The notes under the pieces are model-generated. The model had not been told where the DNA came from and made no database searches. It worked only from the letters and a program-made list of their open reading frames with translations. The position numbers and the translations under genes are program-made. Source: Eledone cirrhosa (taxonomy: Eukaryota). From it: 64,000 nt of DNA. The stretch covers positions 39,866,001 through 39,930,000 of the forward strand of contig OZ024751.1 in assembly GCA_964016885.1 (NCBI GenBank), in the 5' to 3' direction. This document shows positions 1 to 17,206 of the stretch, in pieces; position 1 is the first letter of the stretch, and the number at the start of each line of letters is the position of its first letter.

Positions 1-271
1 GGTATGTTATTCTTTTATGAAATCGTAGGTAATTATAGGCCGATAACTCCTGCAGCCTTCGGTGACATATAACGTATGATGACCATTTGAAACCTGGTGG
101 AGCCCAACCCTAACTAAGGCTGGTCACAACCGGTTTCTTCCAGAGAATGAGAGAGGGGGGAATAGAGAGAGAGGGGGGAGGAAGATATACATTGATAGAT
201 AGATTTCTTAGGGTAGGGAAATGATTTGATTTAAATTTGTCCTAATTTCTGTTCAGGAACGTCATAAACCA

Positions 272-338
<67 letters not shown>

Positions 339-460
339 TCTCTCTCTCTCCCTTTCTGCTCCCTTCTCTCTCTTAATGTAACAAGATGTTTCACATTTTT
401 TTCTCTCTATTTCGACATATTTTTTTAATTTGAATATATATATATATATATAAATATATA

Positions 461-675
461 GGAACGAGTAGGACCCCGACGGCTGAGCTCAAGCCGTTTC
501 GACGGCTAATTCTGGACTAAATTTAGTCTTGATTTAGTCCAGAATTAGCCGTCGAAACGGCTTGAGCTCAGCCGTCGGGGTCCTACTCGTTCCTATTACC
601 CACTCTACTACCCTAAGTATTGAGTACTTTGGTGCGTTATGGTCCATCTGGTTCCTTACCACATTTCCTTCGTTA
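461..675 (+). mobile_element. Family A hairpin-plus-tail element (~65-bp arms + ~80-bp tail) in (TA)n; about 18 full or partial copies in the window
   Basis: ggaacgagtaggaccccgacggctgagctcaagccgtttcgacgg... inverted, then tail tattacccactctactaccctaag...ccttcgtta. Confidence 0.9.
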
Positions 676-2663
676 TATAAATATATATATATATTCCAAA
701 TCTTGCTGTTTATTTATATTTTTATTTTTTACAATGTTCCACTTGGAGATGGAAATATAGTATTTCTTTGTTCTAAATATTCAAATTATCCAAAATTACA
801 GACATTTTTCTTTTTTATGTTTTGTTTACAGAACAATTTTCACGTGAATCTATCTGCACAAAAAATAACAGTTAATATAATATTAATATGTTTAATACAG
901 TTGATGTTTTAAAAGTTTCATCTTTTTATATCGACTATTACATCTGACAGAACAATAGATGTGTGTAACACTTATAATTATAGGAGTTTCGTGGTATTCT
1001 TTCATCATTGTTTCGCAGACTTCATTAAGCAAGAAGCTACGACTAAGAATCCCGAACGAATCTTCTTAGTTCTCCTTGTGTTTTAAGACCAGGTGAGAGC
1101 GTAGGATTCAATGGTTGCAATATTCATATGCAAAGTTGAAACCCCAGATATTATTTTTGAAAAAATATATTTCTTACTGACATTGGCACAAACTAAGTAG
1201 TAGTTTGTGGCAAGAGGAAAATCGATTATATCGGCCCCAGTTATTGACTGATATTTTATTTTATCGACCTCGAAAGGATGAAATATAAAATTATCCTCGG
1301 TGGAATTTGAACTCAAGATGTAAAAAACTAACCCAAGTAAAGCTAAAAGTTTGTCCGACATTCTAACGCCTCTACCAATCCACCGCCTTATATTGATTAA
1401 AAGAAACGTATTAGAAATAATTGCGAGATGAGAGAAAGAAAGTATTAGACCAAATTAATTAAAATTGTTTTAATTATTCTAACAAGGGAAGTTGTTTAGT
1501 TAATATCTAATTTTTTTAAATCCTGACATATTTTCTGTAACAAAATACAAATTTCGCTGTATATCATATGTAACCCCCGAAACTTATAAATTATTTAAAG
1601 GTTTCGTGAAATATATACTAAAATCACATCTGTGTGACTGATCTTAAAGATAGCCAAGAAAATGTGTTAATGGGTTATATGACGTCACCAGTGCTGCACT
1701 AAATACGTGATCAGGACACTCACCTCCTCAGGGACATGTTCTAATAGGTTTAAAGATTCTTGGAGTTGTTGGTATTGTTGTTGTTGTTGTTGAGTTCGCA
1801 AGTCAACCCGATGAAACAGTCGCAAATATTATCCACCCGCGACTATGTTTCCAGACATAGTGAATCTAGAACTCTTCTAACCAATACGTCTTCCCCTATT
1901 TTTTTTCCAGACATAGTGAATCTAGAACTCTTCTAACCAATACGTCTTCCCCTATTTTTTAAAACACGATGGATTGTAAATTGAGGTTGAATTTGGAGAT
2001 ATTTACTAATATAACTAACTTTCTCATTATTAAGCTGGAGGTCGGATCAAAATTTAACGAAGGTTATTATATAGAATTATGATGGAAGGGTTTTAGATAA
2101 ATATAAACAGTTTTTTTTATTGAAGAACCAGGGGCGATTTCAGGCAGTTTGGGATCAGAAGGATTAAATGTGGTAAACGGTGCCTTAGATAACGTATATA
2201 TGGCCTTGAATGAAAGAAGGATTAATCCCACTCGGAAAATATTTGATCAAATACCACCACCACCACCACCACCACCACCAGTAGAAGCAGTAGCAGTAAT
2301 AAGAGTAACACTCCACCACATGAAGATGGTAGATTTACTTGTGACCTAACAACGCAATAAATCACGGGTGGTTGATTTTCATTACAAGCAGAAATTTCTA
2401 TAATTAAGAACTGTTCTCCTCCTGAAATAATTTATATCGATGTGACTGGTTTCTTGGCAAAGTTTAACAAATGAAGGCATGTTACGCCATCTTATATGTT
2501 CGTTCCAAAGGAATAGAGTTTCCAATTCGTGGACATTTTACAAGGACATAAATATGTAGAACATGATCATTAACTGGTTTAATTTCTTCCAGCCAAACAC
2601 GCAACTTTCATACAATTTATTTCTACTGGTAAATTAACTACTATTTATATGCTTGACTTTCAG

Positions 2664-3008
2664 GTCGATAATGAATCATTAACGAAAAGTCAATTCAACC
2701 AGTATTTCAACGGTAGTGAAACAATAGTAGCTGGAAAGTTGTCAGATAATCACGTTAAACCATCTTCGTGGAATCTAATTGCTACTACAGGTTCTGGAAT
2801 GATAAACCGCTCCGAGAAATTTAGAACGGTCCGTTTGAACAAGGTTAAAAAGGATTTCGGTTTCCTGAACGATAAAGAAGTGAAGAGTATACCAGAAAAA
2901 CTATGGGCGTACCTAAATATTAAACAAAATTTAGATGAACACACGCTAACTGTTGACGAAGACAAGAAGAAAGAATTAGAAAAACGTATATTGGAACTCT
3001 CCCTAAAG
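2664..3008 (+). CDS. ITIH-like gene, internal exon following the vWA domain (VDNESLTKSQFNQYFNGSETIVAGKL...PEKLWAYLNIKQ...ILELSLK)
   Basis: tttcag acceptor, aag|gtaagt donor, 345 nt, phase 0-0; motifs F.GSE.IVAGKL and E.LWAYL.I.Q are characteristic of ITIH heavy chains. Upstream exons were not found in the window. Confidence 0.93.
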
Positions 3009-3590
3009 GTAAGTTTAATTAAACATCTTCGCAGATAACTTAATTATTTTAATTAGTGAAACCTAACCAGGGGTCTATTTTGAGTGAGAAAGAAGGGTTC
3101 ATACCAGAAATACGTTAATACGTTTAAATATGACCGAAACGTTTTCAAAAAAGTTGTGTAATTAAGAAGGATCAAGTGATTTAGTTCAGATATATTGCTT
3201 TCATCTAATTAGATGAGGTTGGTACAATTCTATTATGAAAGATGAATAGATGCAAGTAGGGTGGAAGGAAAGTTACCGTTGTATGATTGGGTAGTCAAAC
3301 GATGAGGATAATACAATTAGCGCTATAAGGTGTATGGAAATATATAGTTGAATTTGAGAAGGTGTCAGGCAATTTTCTAAATTAGAAATAAGATGAGTTC
3401 ATTATTTGTTTTTGTTTGTTGTTCTTTTCAATTTGGGTGTGTATGGTACACATGGACTATCGAGAAATTAGAGGACCATGAAGACAAGAAGTGAATTCAG
3501 CTCAAATGTGTATTTTCGTAGGATAAGGTTAATTTTATGATAGAAATACGTGAGATCATATATATATATATATAGATATATGTGTGTTTA

Positions 3591-3622
<32 letters not shown>

Positions 3623-3664
3623 TTTAGTAAGTAAGTCAATTTTCATAACTTTCTTATTTACGTC

Positions 3665-3711
<47 letters not shown>

Positions 3712-3780
3712 GATAGAAATGCGTAATAGAAATACGTGAAATTATATATATTTAAACATATGTGTGTTTAGGTATGTATG

Positions 3781-3890
<110 letters not shown>

Positions 3891-4389
3891 TACAGAGAGA
3901 GAGAAAGAAAGAGAGAGAAAGAGAGTGAGAGAGAGGGGGGAGAGAGAGATAGTTAGATATATGAGTGGGTATGTGCTCGTATGTATATAGCAAAACTGGC
4001 AACAGATATAAAATTTCCACGGTCATCGGCCATCGATATGGATTTACACAATTTCGACCTAACCGACTGTGTTGCTTATATCTGGAGTCACGATGTCTGA
4101 CGACATAGTCAAACAACGACTTGGAGTATTTTATAAAGCGTAAACATTGCAAAACTTACGTGAAATAACATGTCCAGGACAAATACGAACAGGATTAAAT
4201 GTACGACATATACGTACATTAGTGTGGTGTATTCTTTAAATACAAGGAACATTTCATGTAGACGTAGAGACAGTTTAGAAAATATAAATATATACAAGAG
4301 AAATAGAAACAAAAATGGCTGCCACTTCTAAGATCAATGTTGTTTGCTGTACACTACTTAATGATAACGTTTATTGTTATGTGATATCT

Positions 4390-4422
<33 letters not shown>

Positions 4423-4536
4423 ATGTATATGTATATATGTATATATATATGAATATATAAGTATGTATATGTATATATGTATATATGTATATATATATAT
4501 ATATGGATGTATATGTATATATGTATATATGTATAT

Positions 4537-4587
<51 letters not shown>

Positions 4588-4593
4588 TATATG

Positions 4594-4625
<32 letters not shown>

Positions 4626-4741
4626 TATATAAATATATATATGATACATACATATATATTATAGAGAGAGAGGGGGGAGAAAACACACATCTATGTGTGT
4701 GTGAGTGTCCGTGTATGTGCGCGTGTGTATGTATGTGTATG

Positions 4742-4783
<42 letters not shown>

Positions 4784-4821
4784 TGTGCGTGTCTGATTGT
4801 GTATATATATATATAAATGTA

Positions 4822-4854
<33 letters not shown>

Positions 4855-5075
4855 ATTGCAACATGTGTGTTGCAATATACATACACACATACATACACAC
4901 AAACACACTTATAAGCATGCTCTGTTTCTCAAACTGAAGCATAAACACACACACACCCACACACTCACGCTTCCTCTCTTTCTCCTCTTCAACATCTCTC
5001 TAGCCCTCTCTCTCTCCCTCTCTCAATCCCTCCCTCTTTCGGCTACTCTCTATCTGTCTCTCCCTTTCTCTCCCA

Positions 5076-5575
5076 CTTTCTCTCTCGTGGCTATCTAGTT
5101 GCTAGCCAGTCACTTTACGTCTCTCTCTCATTCACACTCTCTCTCTCTCAGTCTCTCTCTCTTCTCTCTCGTGGCTATCTAGTTGCTAGCCAGTCACTTA
5201 CGTCTCTCTCTCATTCACACACTCTCTCTCTCAGTCTCTCTCTCTTTCTCTCTCGTGGCTATCTAGTTGCTAGCCAGTCACTTTACGTCTCTCTCTCATT
5301 CACACTCTTTCTCTCTCAGTCTCTCTCTCTTTCTCTCTCGTGGCTATCTAGTTGCTAGCCAGTCACTTTACGTCTCTTTCTCATTCACACTCTCTCTCTC
5401 TCCCTTTCTCTCCCTCTTTCTCTCTCGTGGCTATCTAGTTGCTAGCCAGTCACTTTACGTCTCTCTCTCATTCACACTCTCTCTCTCCCTTCTCTCCCAC
5501 TTTCTCTCTCGTGGCTATCTAGTTGCTAGCCAGTCACTTTACGTCCTCTCTCTCATTCACACTCTCTCTCTCTCA
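5076..5575. repeat. Minisatellite, 6 units of ~84 bp (cgtggctatctagttgctagccagtcactttacg + CT tract)
   Basis: Read directly. Confidence 0.9.
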
Positions 5576-5855
5576 GTCTCTCTCTCTTTCTCCCCCCCCC
5601 CCCTCTCTCGCTCTCTCTCTCTCTCTTCTATCCCCCCCCTCTCTCTCGCTCTCTCTCTCTCTCTTTCTCTCTTCCCTTTCATTATATAAAGACATTATAT
5701 AAATATCTAATGTAAATATGCAATCAATCTACTGCAATGTTGATGATATACACACACACATATATACACATATATATACACACACACACATGTGCACACA
5801 TGCATACATACGCACTTAAATTATATGTGACACATATATCATTCCAATCTTGAAC

Positions 5856-5904
<49 letters not shown>

Positions 5905-6083
5905 ATTCTATCTCTCTATCTACCTAACTATATATATTTCTGAATGACGGCTATTTGAGTCCAGAAATAGCTCTGCCGTCGGGTCAAACATTTTCCTATA
6001 TATATATATATATATACACCTGACTATGTATTTCTCTCTACCATTCTATCTAACCTTCCCCCTCTCTCTCTCTCTCTCTCTCA

Positions 6084-6139
<56 letters not shown>

Positions 6140-6209
6140 ATATATATATATACACCTGACTATGTATCTGTCTATATACCATTCTATCTAACCTGCCCAT
6201 CTCTCTCCC

Positions 6210-6289
<80 letters not shown>

Positions 6290-6473
6290 TTGTACATATA
6301 TATAAATGTTATCTGAGGTTTTTCGAATATTAATAATAACATTCAATTCGTTTGCAATTATGCAAACAAGCCTCAATATTTCCATCTACCTATTTATCTA
6401 ACTACCTACCTTTCTATACATCTATATATCTACCTACCTACCTAACTACCTACCTACCTATCTATCTATCTAC

Positions 6474-6529
<56 letters not shown>

Positions 6530-6671
6530 ACTTAAGACATTCAAGATTTAACATCTGACTATCTCATTAAAATGTCATATCTTATCTAAAATCCCGCAAC
6601 TTTGTATTACACACGCAACGACCACAAGTCTGTGTAAATATATAAGTATATACACATACACACACACACAT

Positions 6672-6702
<31 letters not shown>

Positions 6703-7084
6703 CATAAACATATATACATAAATATTTACATACATATATAAATATATATATACACATAATTTAATATTATTTTTATGCAAATATATATTACAAACGGATA
6801 TTTAATGTCTAAAGTCATACAACACTATTATTAGCTGCCATTTTTTATTTCTATTTCTTCAGTTTTATGTGTTTATTATGACTTCAACCAACACCTAGAT
6901 TCAAGGCTCAAATTTAGATGGAGATTTTATGGATGATTAAATTAACGCCAGTGTTTCACTGGTACTTGTTTTATCGACCTTTCACATGATAAATTGCTAA
7001 GTCGACCTCTGTGCAATTTGTTCGGAAGATTGGAATTATTAACAAATATCTTGTTGTATTATATATATATATATATCTACGTTG

Positions 7085-7144
<60 letters not shown>

Positions 7145-7265
7145 GGCAAAGTCAATCCTGCCGAGGTTGACTTTGACTTTCATCCTTACGGGGTCGATTA
7201 AAATAAAGTACCAGTGATGCACTCTGGGTAATTGCTGGCCTTGTGCCTAAAGTAGAAACAATTAT

Positions 7266-7301
<36 letters not shown>

Positions 7302-7351
7302 TCTATATATATTATTTATATATATATATATTTATATATATATATATATAT

Positions 7352-7601
7352 CCTATAGAAGTGGTTACACAACAGTTAGTTCACCATACCGAGAACAATT
7401 GTTTCACCTTAGCGGATCCTCAGCTCGTAATGGACATGATTATTCCGTATAACCATGTCATTACGAGCTGAGGATCCGCTCAGGTGAAACGATTGTTCTC
7501 GGTATGGTGAACTAACTGTTGTGTAACCACTTCTACCTAACTCGTCCCATGGACTGAGTGCTCTGCCACTACGGATATTACCCTCCAATGTTCTACCACT
7601 A
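7352..7601 (+). mobile_element. Fold-back hammerhead element: ~90-bp inverted arms (7356-7535) plus ~65-bp unique tail, in (TA)n
   Basis: tagaagtggttacacaac...gttgtgtaaccacttcta palindrome read directly. Confidence 0.8.
7464..7501 (+). ncRNA. Minimal type I hammerhead ribozyme (mirror copy on the minus strand at 7390-7427)
   Basis: cgag CTGAGGA tccgctcaggt GAAA CGATTG TT|ctcg; the mirror copy has the perfect palindrome CAATTG; stem II is short. Confidence 0.75.
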
Positions 7602-7773
7602 TATATCCTATATATATATATATATATATATCCTATATAAATCATCGTCGTGTTAGACAGTTTTGAAATTCTTTCAAAAGGTAAGAGCTCCAAATGCGGA
7701 AGATAACAGTAACTACAGTAGATTGCTATAAATAATAGCTTATATATATATGTGAATGTGTGTAAATATATAT

Positions 7774-7841
<68 letters not shown>

Positions 7842-8076
7842 ATATGTAAATACATGTATATATGTGTATGTGTCTACACCTATGTATAGTGATAATAGAG
7901 AGAAATAGAAACAGACGAAAGTAAGAAAGTCGGAATGAGAGAGAGGAAAGAGAAAGAGAGAGAGGGAGAGAGAGAGAGAGGGAGAGAGAGAGAGAAATTG
8001 AGAGGGGGAGAGAAATGTGGCGTATGTTTGCTGTCGTTAAAAGTTAATGTCTTCTAGTTCTTCATCTTAAGAAACC

Positions 8077-8185
<109 letters not shown>

Positions 8186-8759
8186 GGGTGTAAGAGATAA
8201 GTGTATATATTGTGTTAATGGATGGTCTTATTTATATACTCGTAGAGGTTTTCCTCCATTCAACTTTAATCCTTGAAAGGAAGAAGAGTCATCTAACTAT
8301 GGTTAAAATGAATTCATAAGATACAAAGAAAACGTACCTCAATTGAAATATAGCATAATAGAAAACGTACCTCAATTGAAATATAGCACAATAGAAAACT
8401 TTCTCTTTGAAATATCGCTGCGATGTTGTCATTGATTTATCTTAATTAACTTCATCTTATGACACTATATGTAACCAAGTATTTTATACTTCATTTCAAT
8501 AGCAAAGTAATAAGAAATGAATGTGTGTGTATGTGTGTATGTCTTTCTCTTAGTGTTTCTGTGTGTGTGTCTGTGTCTTTTTCTCTGTCTTTCTGTGTGT
8601 TTCTGTGTGTGTTTTGGTTAGCATATATGTATCTATGTGTGTATGTTTCTTTCTGTGTGTGTGTTTTGGTAAGCATATATGTATCTATGTGTGTATGTCT
8701 CTTTCTGTGTGTGTGTGTGTGTGTTTTGGTAAGCATATATATATCTATGTGTGTATGTC

Positions 8760-8793
<34 letters not shown>

Positions 8794-9698
8794 GTTCTCT
8801 GTTTGTGTATGCATATATGTATATATGTGTATGTGTTTGCCTGTCTGTATGTATGCGTATATGTAAGCATATATGTATGTATGTATGCGCGTATGTATGT
8901 ATGTATGTATGTATGTATGTATGTATGTATATATGTATATAGTATGTATGTATTTATATATATATGTATGTATATATGTATGTCTGTAAGTATATATGTA
9001 TGTATTTATATATATATGTATGTATATATGTATGTATGTATGTATGTATATATATATAGGTATGTATGTATCTATGTATATATGTATGTATATATGCATG
9101 CATATATGTATGTATGTATTTATATATGTATGTATATCTGTATGTATGTATATATGTATCTATGTATATATGTATGTATATATGTATGTATATATGTATG
9201 TTATATTATGTATGTATATTGTATATATGTATGTATGTATATATGTATGTATTTATATATGTATGTACTGTATATATATGTAATATGTATTTATATATGC
9301 ATGTATATTATATGTATATATGTATTTATATATGCATGTATAGTATATGTATATATGTATATATGTATGTATATATGTATATATGTATATATATATATGT
9401 ATGTATATATGTATGTATGTATATATATATATATGTATGTATATATGTATGTATGTGCCTCAGTGTATCTGATGGGTTGTAAGTGAAACAAGCAACAGAA
9501 GATTCTATAACTAGTCAGGCCTATTAAGCAGGATAAATATCGCGAAGATGGAAACTAACGACATATTTTGATTGAGTTCTTGTCAGGTTTTATTTGTGTG
9601 GTTGGCAAACATGACGACTGGAGAATAAATACTTAAAACATGGAAGTAAATATAAGGATATACACAAACACACACATTTATATACATACATATATGTG

Positions 9699-9785
<87 letters not shown>

Positions 9786-9791
9786 ACATAC

Positions 9792-9885
<94 letters not shown>

Positions 9886-10015
9886 CATATATACATATAT
9901 ACAAGAGAGAGAGAAGTACACAGATAGATAGATAGATAGTAGACAGATATATAGATAGATAAACCCAGACATATATTTATATGCTTCTATATGTGTGTAT
10001 ATGAATGCTTCTCTG

Positions 10016-10085
<70 letters not shown>

Positions 10086-10088
<3 letters not shown>

Positions 10089-10775
10089 TTAAGGATACTA
10101 TTTATGGTTATGTATATACTAAAACGTTTTTATAGTTATATATATTTTAAACCTAAACAGTGAAAGACAGTAATTTATTACTACCTTATTACCAGTAAGA
10201 TAAATAGCTCAATGTAATAACATCAGTTGTTCTACCGAGCAGTTATATAGAATTTACAGAATCAAAGCTATGTTCAAAGCATTTATTAGCTTACAATTGT
10301 TTCATCCAAACGAAGGCTTGGAGTCTTTGGAGCATTTTTCAATGTTTGTATACATACATGACCTCCTTTCCAACGCAAGAGACATACAGATACATATGTA
10401 TATATTGATGTACAGTGGGGTGACATATATTATATTATTTCTGAATGGCAATTTAATTCAAAAATTTAAATCACATTAAAACAGAATCAAAGCAAAATTA
10501 AAATTAAATATAAAATTTTAATTTTAATTTTGCTTTGATTCTGTTTTAATGTGATTTAAATTTTTGAATTTAAATTGCCATTCAGAAATAATATAATATA
10601 TGTCACCCCACTGTACATCAATATATACATATGTATCTGTATGTCTCTTGCGTTGGAAAGGAGGTCATGTATGTATACAAACATTGAAAATGTTCCAAAG
10701 ACGCCAAGCCTTCGTTTGGATGAAACAATTGTAAGCTAATAAATGCTTTGAACATAGCTTTGATTCCTGTAAATT
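10086..10775 (-). mobile_element. Fold-back element: ~260-bp arms (10251-10508 / ~10517-10775) plus tail 10086-10250; degenerate hammerhead in each arm
   Basis: Palindrome read directly; gct CCAAAGA c-tccaa...ttgga-t GAAA CAATTG TA|agc has two core substitutions relative to CTGAAGA. Confidence 0.75.
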
Positions 10776-10850
10776 ATATATATATCAATGATACTAAATA
10801 TCCCTTTTGCTTATATATATATATATATATAAATATAATTAATATATATA

Positions 10851-12450
<1,600 letters not shown>

Positions 12451-12630
12451 TATATATATATATGGCAAGGGTAAAAATATAACTCTATGTGTATGTAGAG
12501 AGCTATATAGGAGAGCTGTATAATTGCCAAATAGTTTCATACAAAGCTCAATGTAGTTTATGTAGTTGTAGGTGGAATATATAAGAAATATCTTTAAGGA
12601 AAAAGATAGAGAAAGTTAGACGTAAACACA

Positions 12631-12783
<153 letters not shown>

Positions 12784-12792
12784 CGTGCGTGT

Positions 12793-12830
<38 letters not shown>

Positions 12831-12878
12831 CCACAACAGTTAGTTCTCCATGCCGAGAACAAATGTTTCACCTTATTC

Positions 12879-12976
<98 letters not shown>

Positions 12977-13041
12977 TAGAGAAACAGAGTGATGGAGTGA
13001 CATAGATAGATAAATATATATATACGTATATATATATATAT

Positions 13042-13255
<214 letters not shown>

Positions 13256-13851
13256 CAAACATTTCCTGCTAAGCAATAACAAAAGACTTTTTTTTTTTGC
13301 ATTGAGTTGCTGTTGAACAAGTGTTTTCGAGAAGAAGGGAAAAAAATGTATTAGAGTTGTTAACTACAACGAGATATCTGTGGTAAGAATGGTAATAAGT
13401 TAAACAATTGTTCAGTGAACGCTAACATTTGAATTCCCGACCTCGTTCAAGTGAAGCTGTCAATCTTGAACTTGTATTGTAAAGTCAAATTGTTTGCTTC
13501 CCTCCCAGAACGAACTAAACCACGTTGAAAAGCCAGGAATACCACTAGAAAATGCTTTAACAACAGACTTTAGTAAGAGATGCCAGGAAATGTCAGATTT
13601 TATTTTTCTTTCGTGATATGATGTTAGAAACTGGCAGCTTTTATTGATATCTTTATGGGTATCAGTGTTGAGTGAGAAATATTTTTAGATAATTCAGATG
13701 AGGAGTAGGATGGCCAGGGGAGGAGCAGTGGAGAAGAGCAGAGGGGGGGGGGGGGGGGGTTAGAGGAAGTTTATGTTGTTTCTAACACGGATAACTTTGA
13801 AATGCTATACTTTATGCCATATGTATATATGCATATATATACATACATATA

Positions 13852-13885
<34 letters not shown>

Positions 13886-13888
<3 letters not shown>

Positions 13889-14046
13889 CGAAGGAAAGGT
13901 GGTAAGGAACCAGATGGACCATAACGCACCAGAGTACTTAATACTTAGGGTAGTAGAGTGAGTAATAGGAAAATGTTTAACCCCGACGGCAGAGCTCAAG
14001 CCGTTTCGAAACGGCTTGAGCTCTGCTGTCGAGGTTAAATATTTTC

Positions 14047-14047
<1 letters not shown>
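13886..14047 (-). mobile_element. Family A copy (fold-back at TTTCGAAA, short arms)
   Basis: Sequence match to 461-675; flanked by TA tracts. Confidence 0.85.
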
Positions 14048-14092
<45 letters not shown>

Positions 14093-14093
14093 T

Positions 14094-14181
<88 letters not shown>

Positions 14182-14434
14182 TATATATGTGTGTGTGTGT
14201 GTGTATACGTTGGTGCAGTCTCGGTCACACACTCTGTATTTATACAGATATAACTTACCATACACTTCTGCTGCTACTGCACTTCTTACCATATATATAT
14301 AGACATAGACATAGACATATGTGTGTGTCCGTGTGATTGGAGGCGGATGTGTAATTTAATTATCATCGCAAACATTTTGAATTCCGCATCTCTGAATTAC
14401 AATATGTTGGCGTGTGTGTTTGTGAGGTGTGTGC

Positions 14435-14785
14435 GAGCTTGAGCACGTGTGTGTGTATGTATGTATTAGTATCTGTGTGTGAGAGAGTGAGCACGTGTGT
14501 GTATGTGTAAATAAGTGTGTATACGTCTGTTTGTGTGTCTGTGGCACTCTGTTTATGTATGTGTTAGTATCTGAGTGTGAGAGAGTGAGCACGTGTGTGT
14601 ATGTGTAAATAAGTGTGTATACGTCTGTTTGTGTGTCTGTGGGACTCTGTTTATGTATGTGTTAGTATCTGAGTGTGAGAGAGTGAGCACGTGTGTGTAT
14701 GTGTAAATAAGTGTGTATACGTCTGTTTGTGTGTCTGTGGGACTCTGTTTATGTATGTGTTAGTGTCTGTGTATGAGAGAGTGCG
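14435..14785. repeat. Minisatellite, 98-bp unit, ~3.5 copies
   Basis: gagcacgtg recurs at 14489, 14587 and 14685. Confidence 0.9.
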
Positions 14786-15155
14786 TGCCGTGGAGATTAA
14801 AAATATGTGATATAGCACCAGACGAATCAGTCGGAGAAACGGTTTTTCAGCCAAATACCTCATCTCTGAACGAAATACGATTAATTACGTAGCTCTCTTA
14901 TGCCTACGAGGACATCATAAATTACATACGATCTAATTTCGCTCTTTCCTATCAATTGAAATTCTTCGCACTTACTTCGGAAAATCAATTGTCATTAAGA
15001 TTTTATAAACTTCTACTTAAAACTTCCAAAACATGCAACTTACTATGTTACTTAACTTTTATATAACAGCACCATTGCTTTCAGAGAAAATTCTCGAAAT
15101 TTTACATTTGTGTATCGTCCTTTCGTACACACATACACACACACACACAAACACA

Positions 15156-15201
<46 letters not shown>

Positions 15202-15280
15202 TACATACATACATACATACATACATACATACATACATACATACATACATACATACATACATACATAATATATATATAAA

Positions 15281-15431
15281 TAACGAAGGAAGTGTGGTTA
15301 GGAACCAAGTGGACCATAACGCACCAGAGTATTCAATACTTTGGGTAGTAGAGTGGGTAATAGGGAAAGAGTCAAAACCCCTACGGCAGAGCTGAAGCGG
15401 TTTCGACAGCTATTTCTGGACTATCCAGAAA
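15281..15431 (-). mobile_element. Family A copy, inverted arm nearly absent
   Basis: Tail and one arm match. Confidence 0.8.
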
Positions 15432-15849
15432 TATGTATATATATATATATATATATCAGAATAACAAAGAACTCAGAAATCAAAGAATAACAAAGATATT
15501 CAGTTGAGCATTTTGTCCAACGTTCTATGGATTCTGTCATTGCCCCGCTCTCTAGTAAAAACCTAATAATATTCTTAGTCTCCTGACTCCAATTGTTCAT
15601 GACGTCACCGTTGACGTCGGCATTATCCTTATACTTGACTGAACCTAAAACTCTGAAAATGGCGCCCAGCAGTCTTTCGTGTATTCAACGTTTAATTCTC
15701 TAGCTAACGTTATCGGTCTTTATACAATCATTGGTTTTTCTGACTGATTATCTTCGAGGTCTGATGCCTTTGAACTGATCTTTTATCAAATTATCTCTTT
15801 AGAACTGTTTAACAAAATCATTTAACAAATCATTTTCCTTGGAATCGTC

Positions 15850-16260
15850 TAAAATAAAATTGTAAATACAAGACATAGAAGTGAGCATTTTTCACTTTCA
15901 TGGATATTATCTGGAGATTTTTACCAACGATAGACCAAACTGTTTGTTCTTTTGTGGATCCAGAAAAAGAAAGAATATATTTCCTAGGGAATTAACAAAT
16001 TGTTGTCGATTAGTCACTGTTGGATATATAAGTTTGTCTATTGTGTTCTTTTAATTATCTCTGTGTATCCGGAATGTTTGAAACGATTGTTGTATTGTTA
16101 TTTTGAAGAGGTTTCTATATTATATAGCAATTTATTGAGAAATGGCAGCGTGTTAGCTTTGTGTATATACAGTATAAACTGTTTCTACATTATTGTCGGT
16201 GTAAAATAGTTCAGTGTCGTCTGGTTGTTTAAATTTTAGCTGTTGTTATTGGTTTTGTTT
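15850..16260 (-). pseudogene. Possible heavily decayed Penelope-like RT thumb/linker remnant
   Basis: Fragments across frames (DNNVET..YTK.T, TIVSN...LKE...YPT.LIDN, IVGKNLQII) resemble Penelope ORF motifs; many stops and frameshifts. Confidence 0.3.
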
Positions 16261-17130
16261 ATTTGCTATTCTGTTGCTAGATCTGTTATTGTCATTTAAA
16301 TAAACATGTCATATAGACGTTGTTGGTGCCCAAGCATGGCCGTAGATAAAAATAAGTTAAAGAATAGAATAAAATGGTAGCTGCTGACGGCAGTTGCTCA
16401 TTGTTTTTTGTCAGTTGCAGACAATTGTAGATGGCTTAGCTTTGGAAAGTATCTCAATGTATTTATAGTTTCTCTGAAAGTTATCTAAATCTCGGGTTTC
16501 TCACATTGTTTAGCCATTTAAACTGTTATGGCTTGTTAAATACACGTTGTGTAAAGAAAGTGGCATTCTATAAATTTAAATTGCCGGCTGCTCACTACGA
16601 TTATAGATGTATCAAGTATCCTAGCATTGTTTTACAGTTTCAAGATAAAGATTGCATAAATCTGTACTCTAAAAGTAGTTTACTGTTTATTCTGAAAAGC
16701 CCAATAGCTTTTCAATTTATTGCCGAATTTTTTTTTCTGACAGCGGAGACCCATCACTGTAACCCGCCATCTGAAGGCCACGTCTCCCAACATATTTTCC
16801 TCAAAGTTGTCTTCGGCGGGATTTAAAGTCAAAGCTCAGAGAAATGGAATGAATACCGCAAAGAATTCGGTCCCACGCTCTAACGAGTCTGCTAATTCGC
16901 CGCCTGATTTCTTTAAATCTATTGATTGAAGTTGGCCATGAGTTTACAGTCATTAAAACATCAGATATACTGTATTGTTGTATTGGTTACCACTCTACGA
17001 TCTAATTTCAAATCCAGTGAGATTAACTTTGCCTTTCATCCTTTCAATAGCGATAAAAAAAAATGTACTATTCTAGTACAGGGGTCTAATTTTTTCTATA
17101 ACTCTTTCTTACTTCCTACCTATCTCTCTC

Positions 17131-17206
<76 letters not shown>

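Noticed and set aside
461-675. Family A as a classical TIR MITE
   Set aside because: The inverted repeat covers only one end, an 80-bp tail lies outside it, and loop position varies per copy; a Helentron-type origin is not fully excluded.
1019-1091. Exon-like segment (ttcgcag ... cag|gtgaga) upstream of the first ITIH exon
   Set aside because: Stops in all three frames and no ITIH similarity.
15596-15702. FMTSPLTSALS as the ITIH 'FVTPLTS' exon
   Set aside because: No suitable splice sites and it runs into a stop; the convincing exon is 27371-27490.
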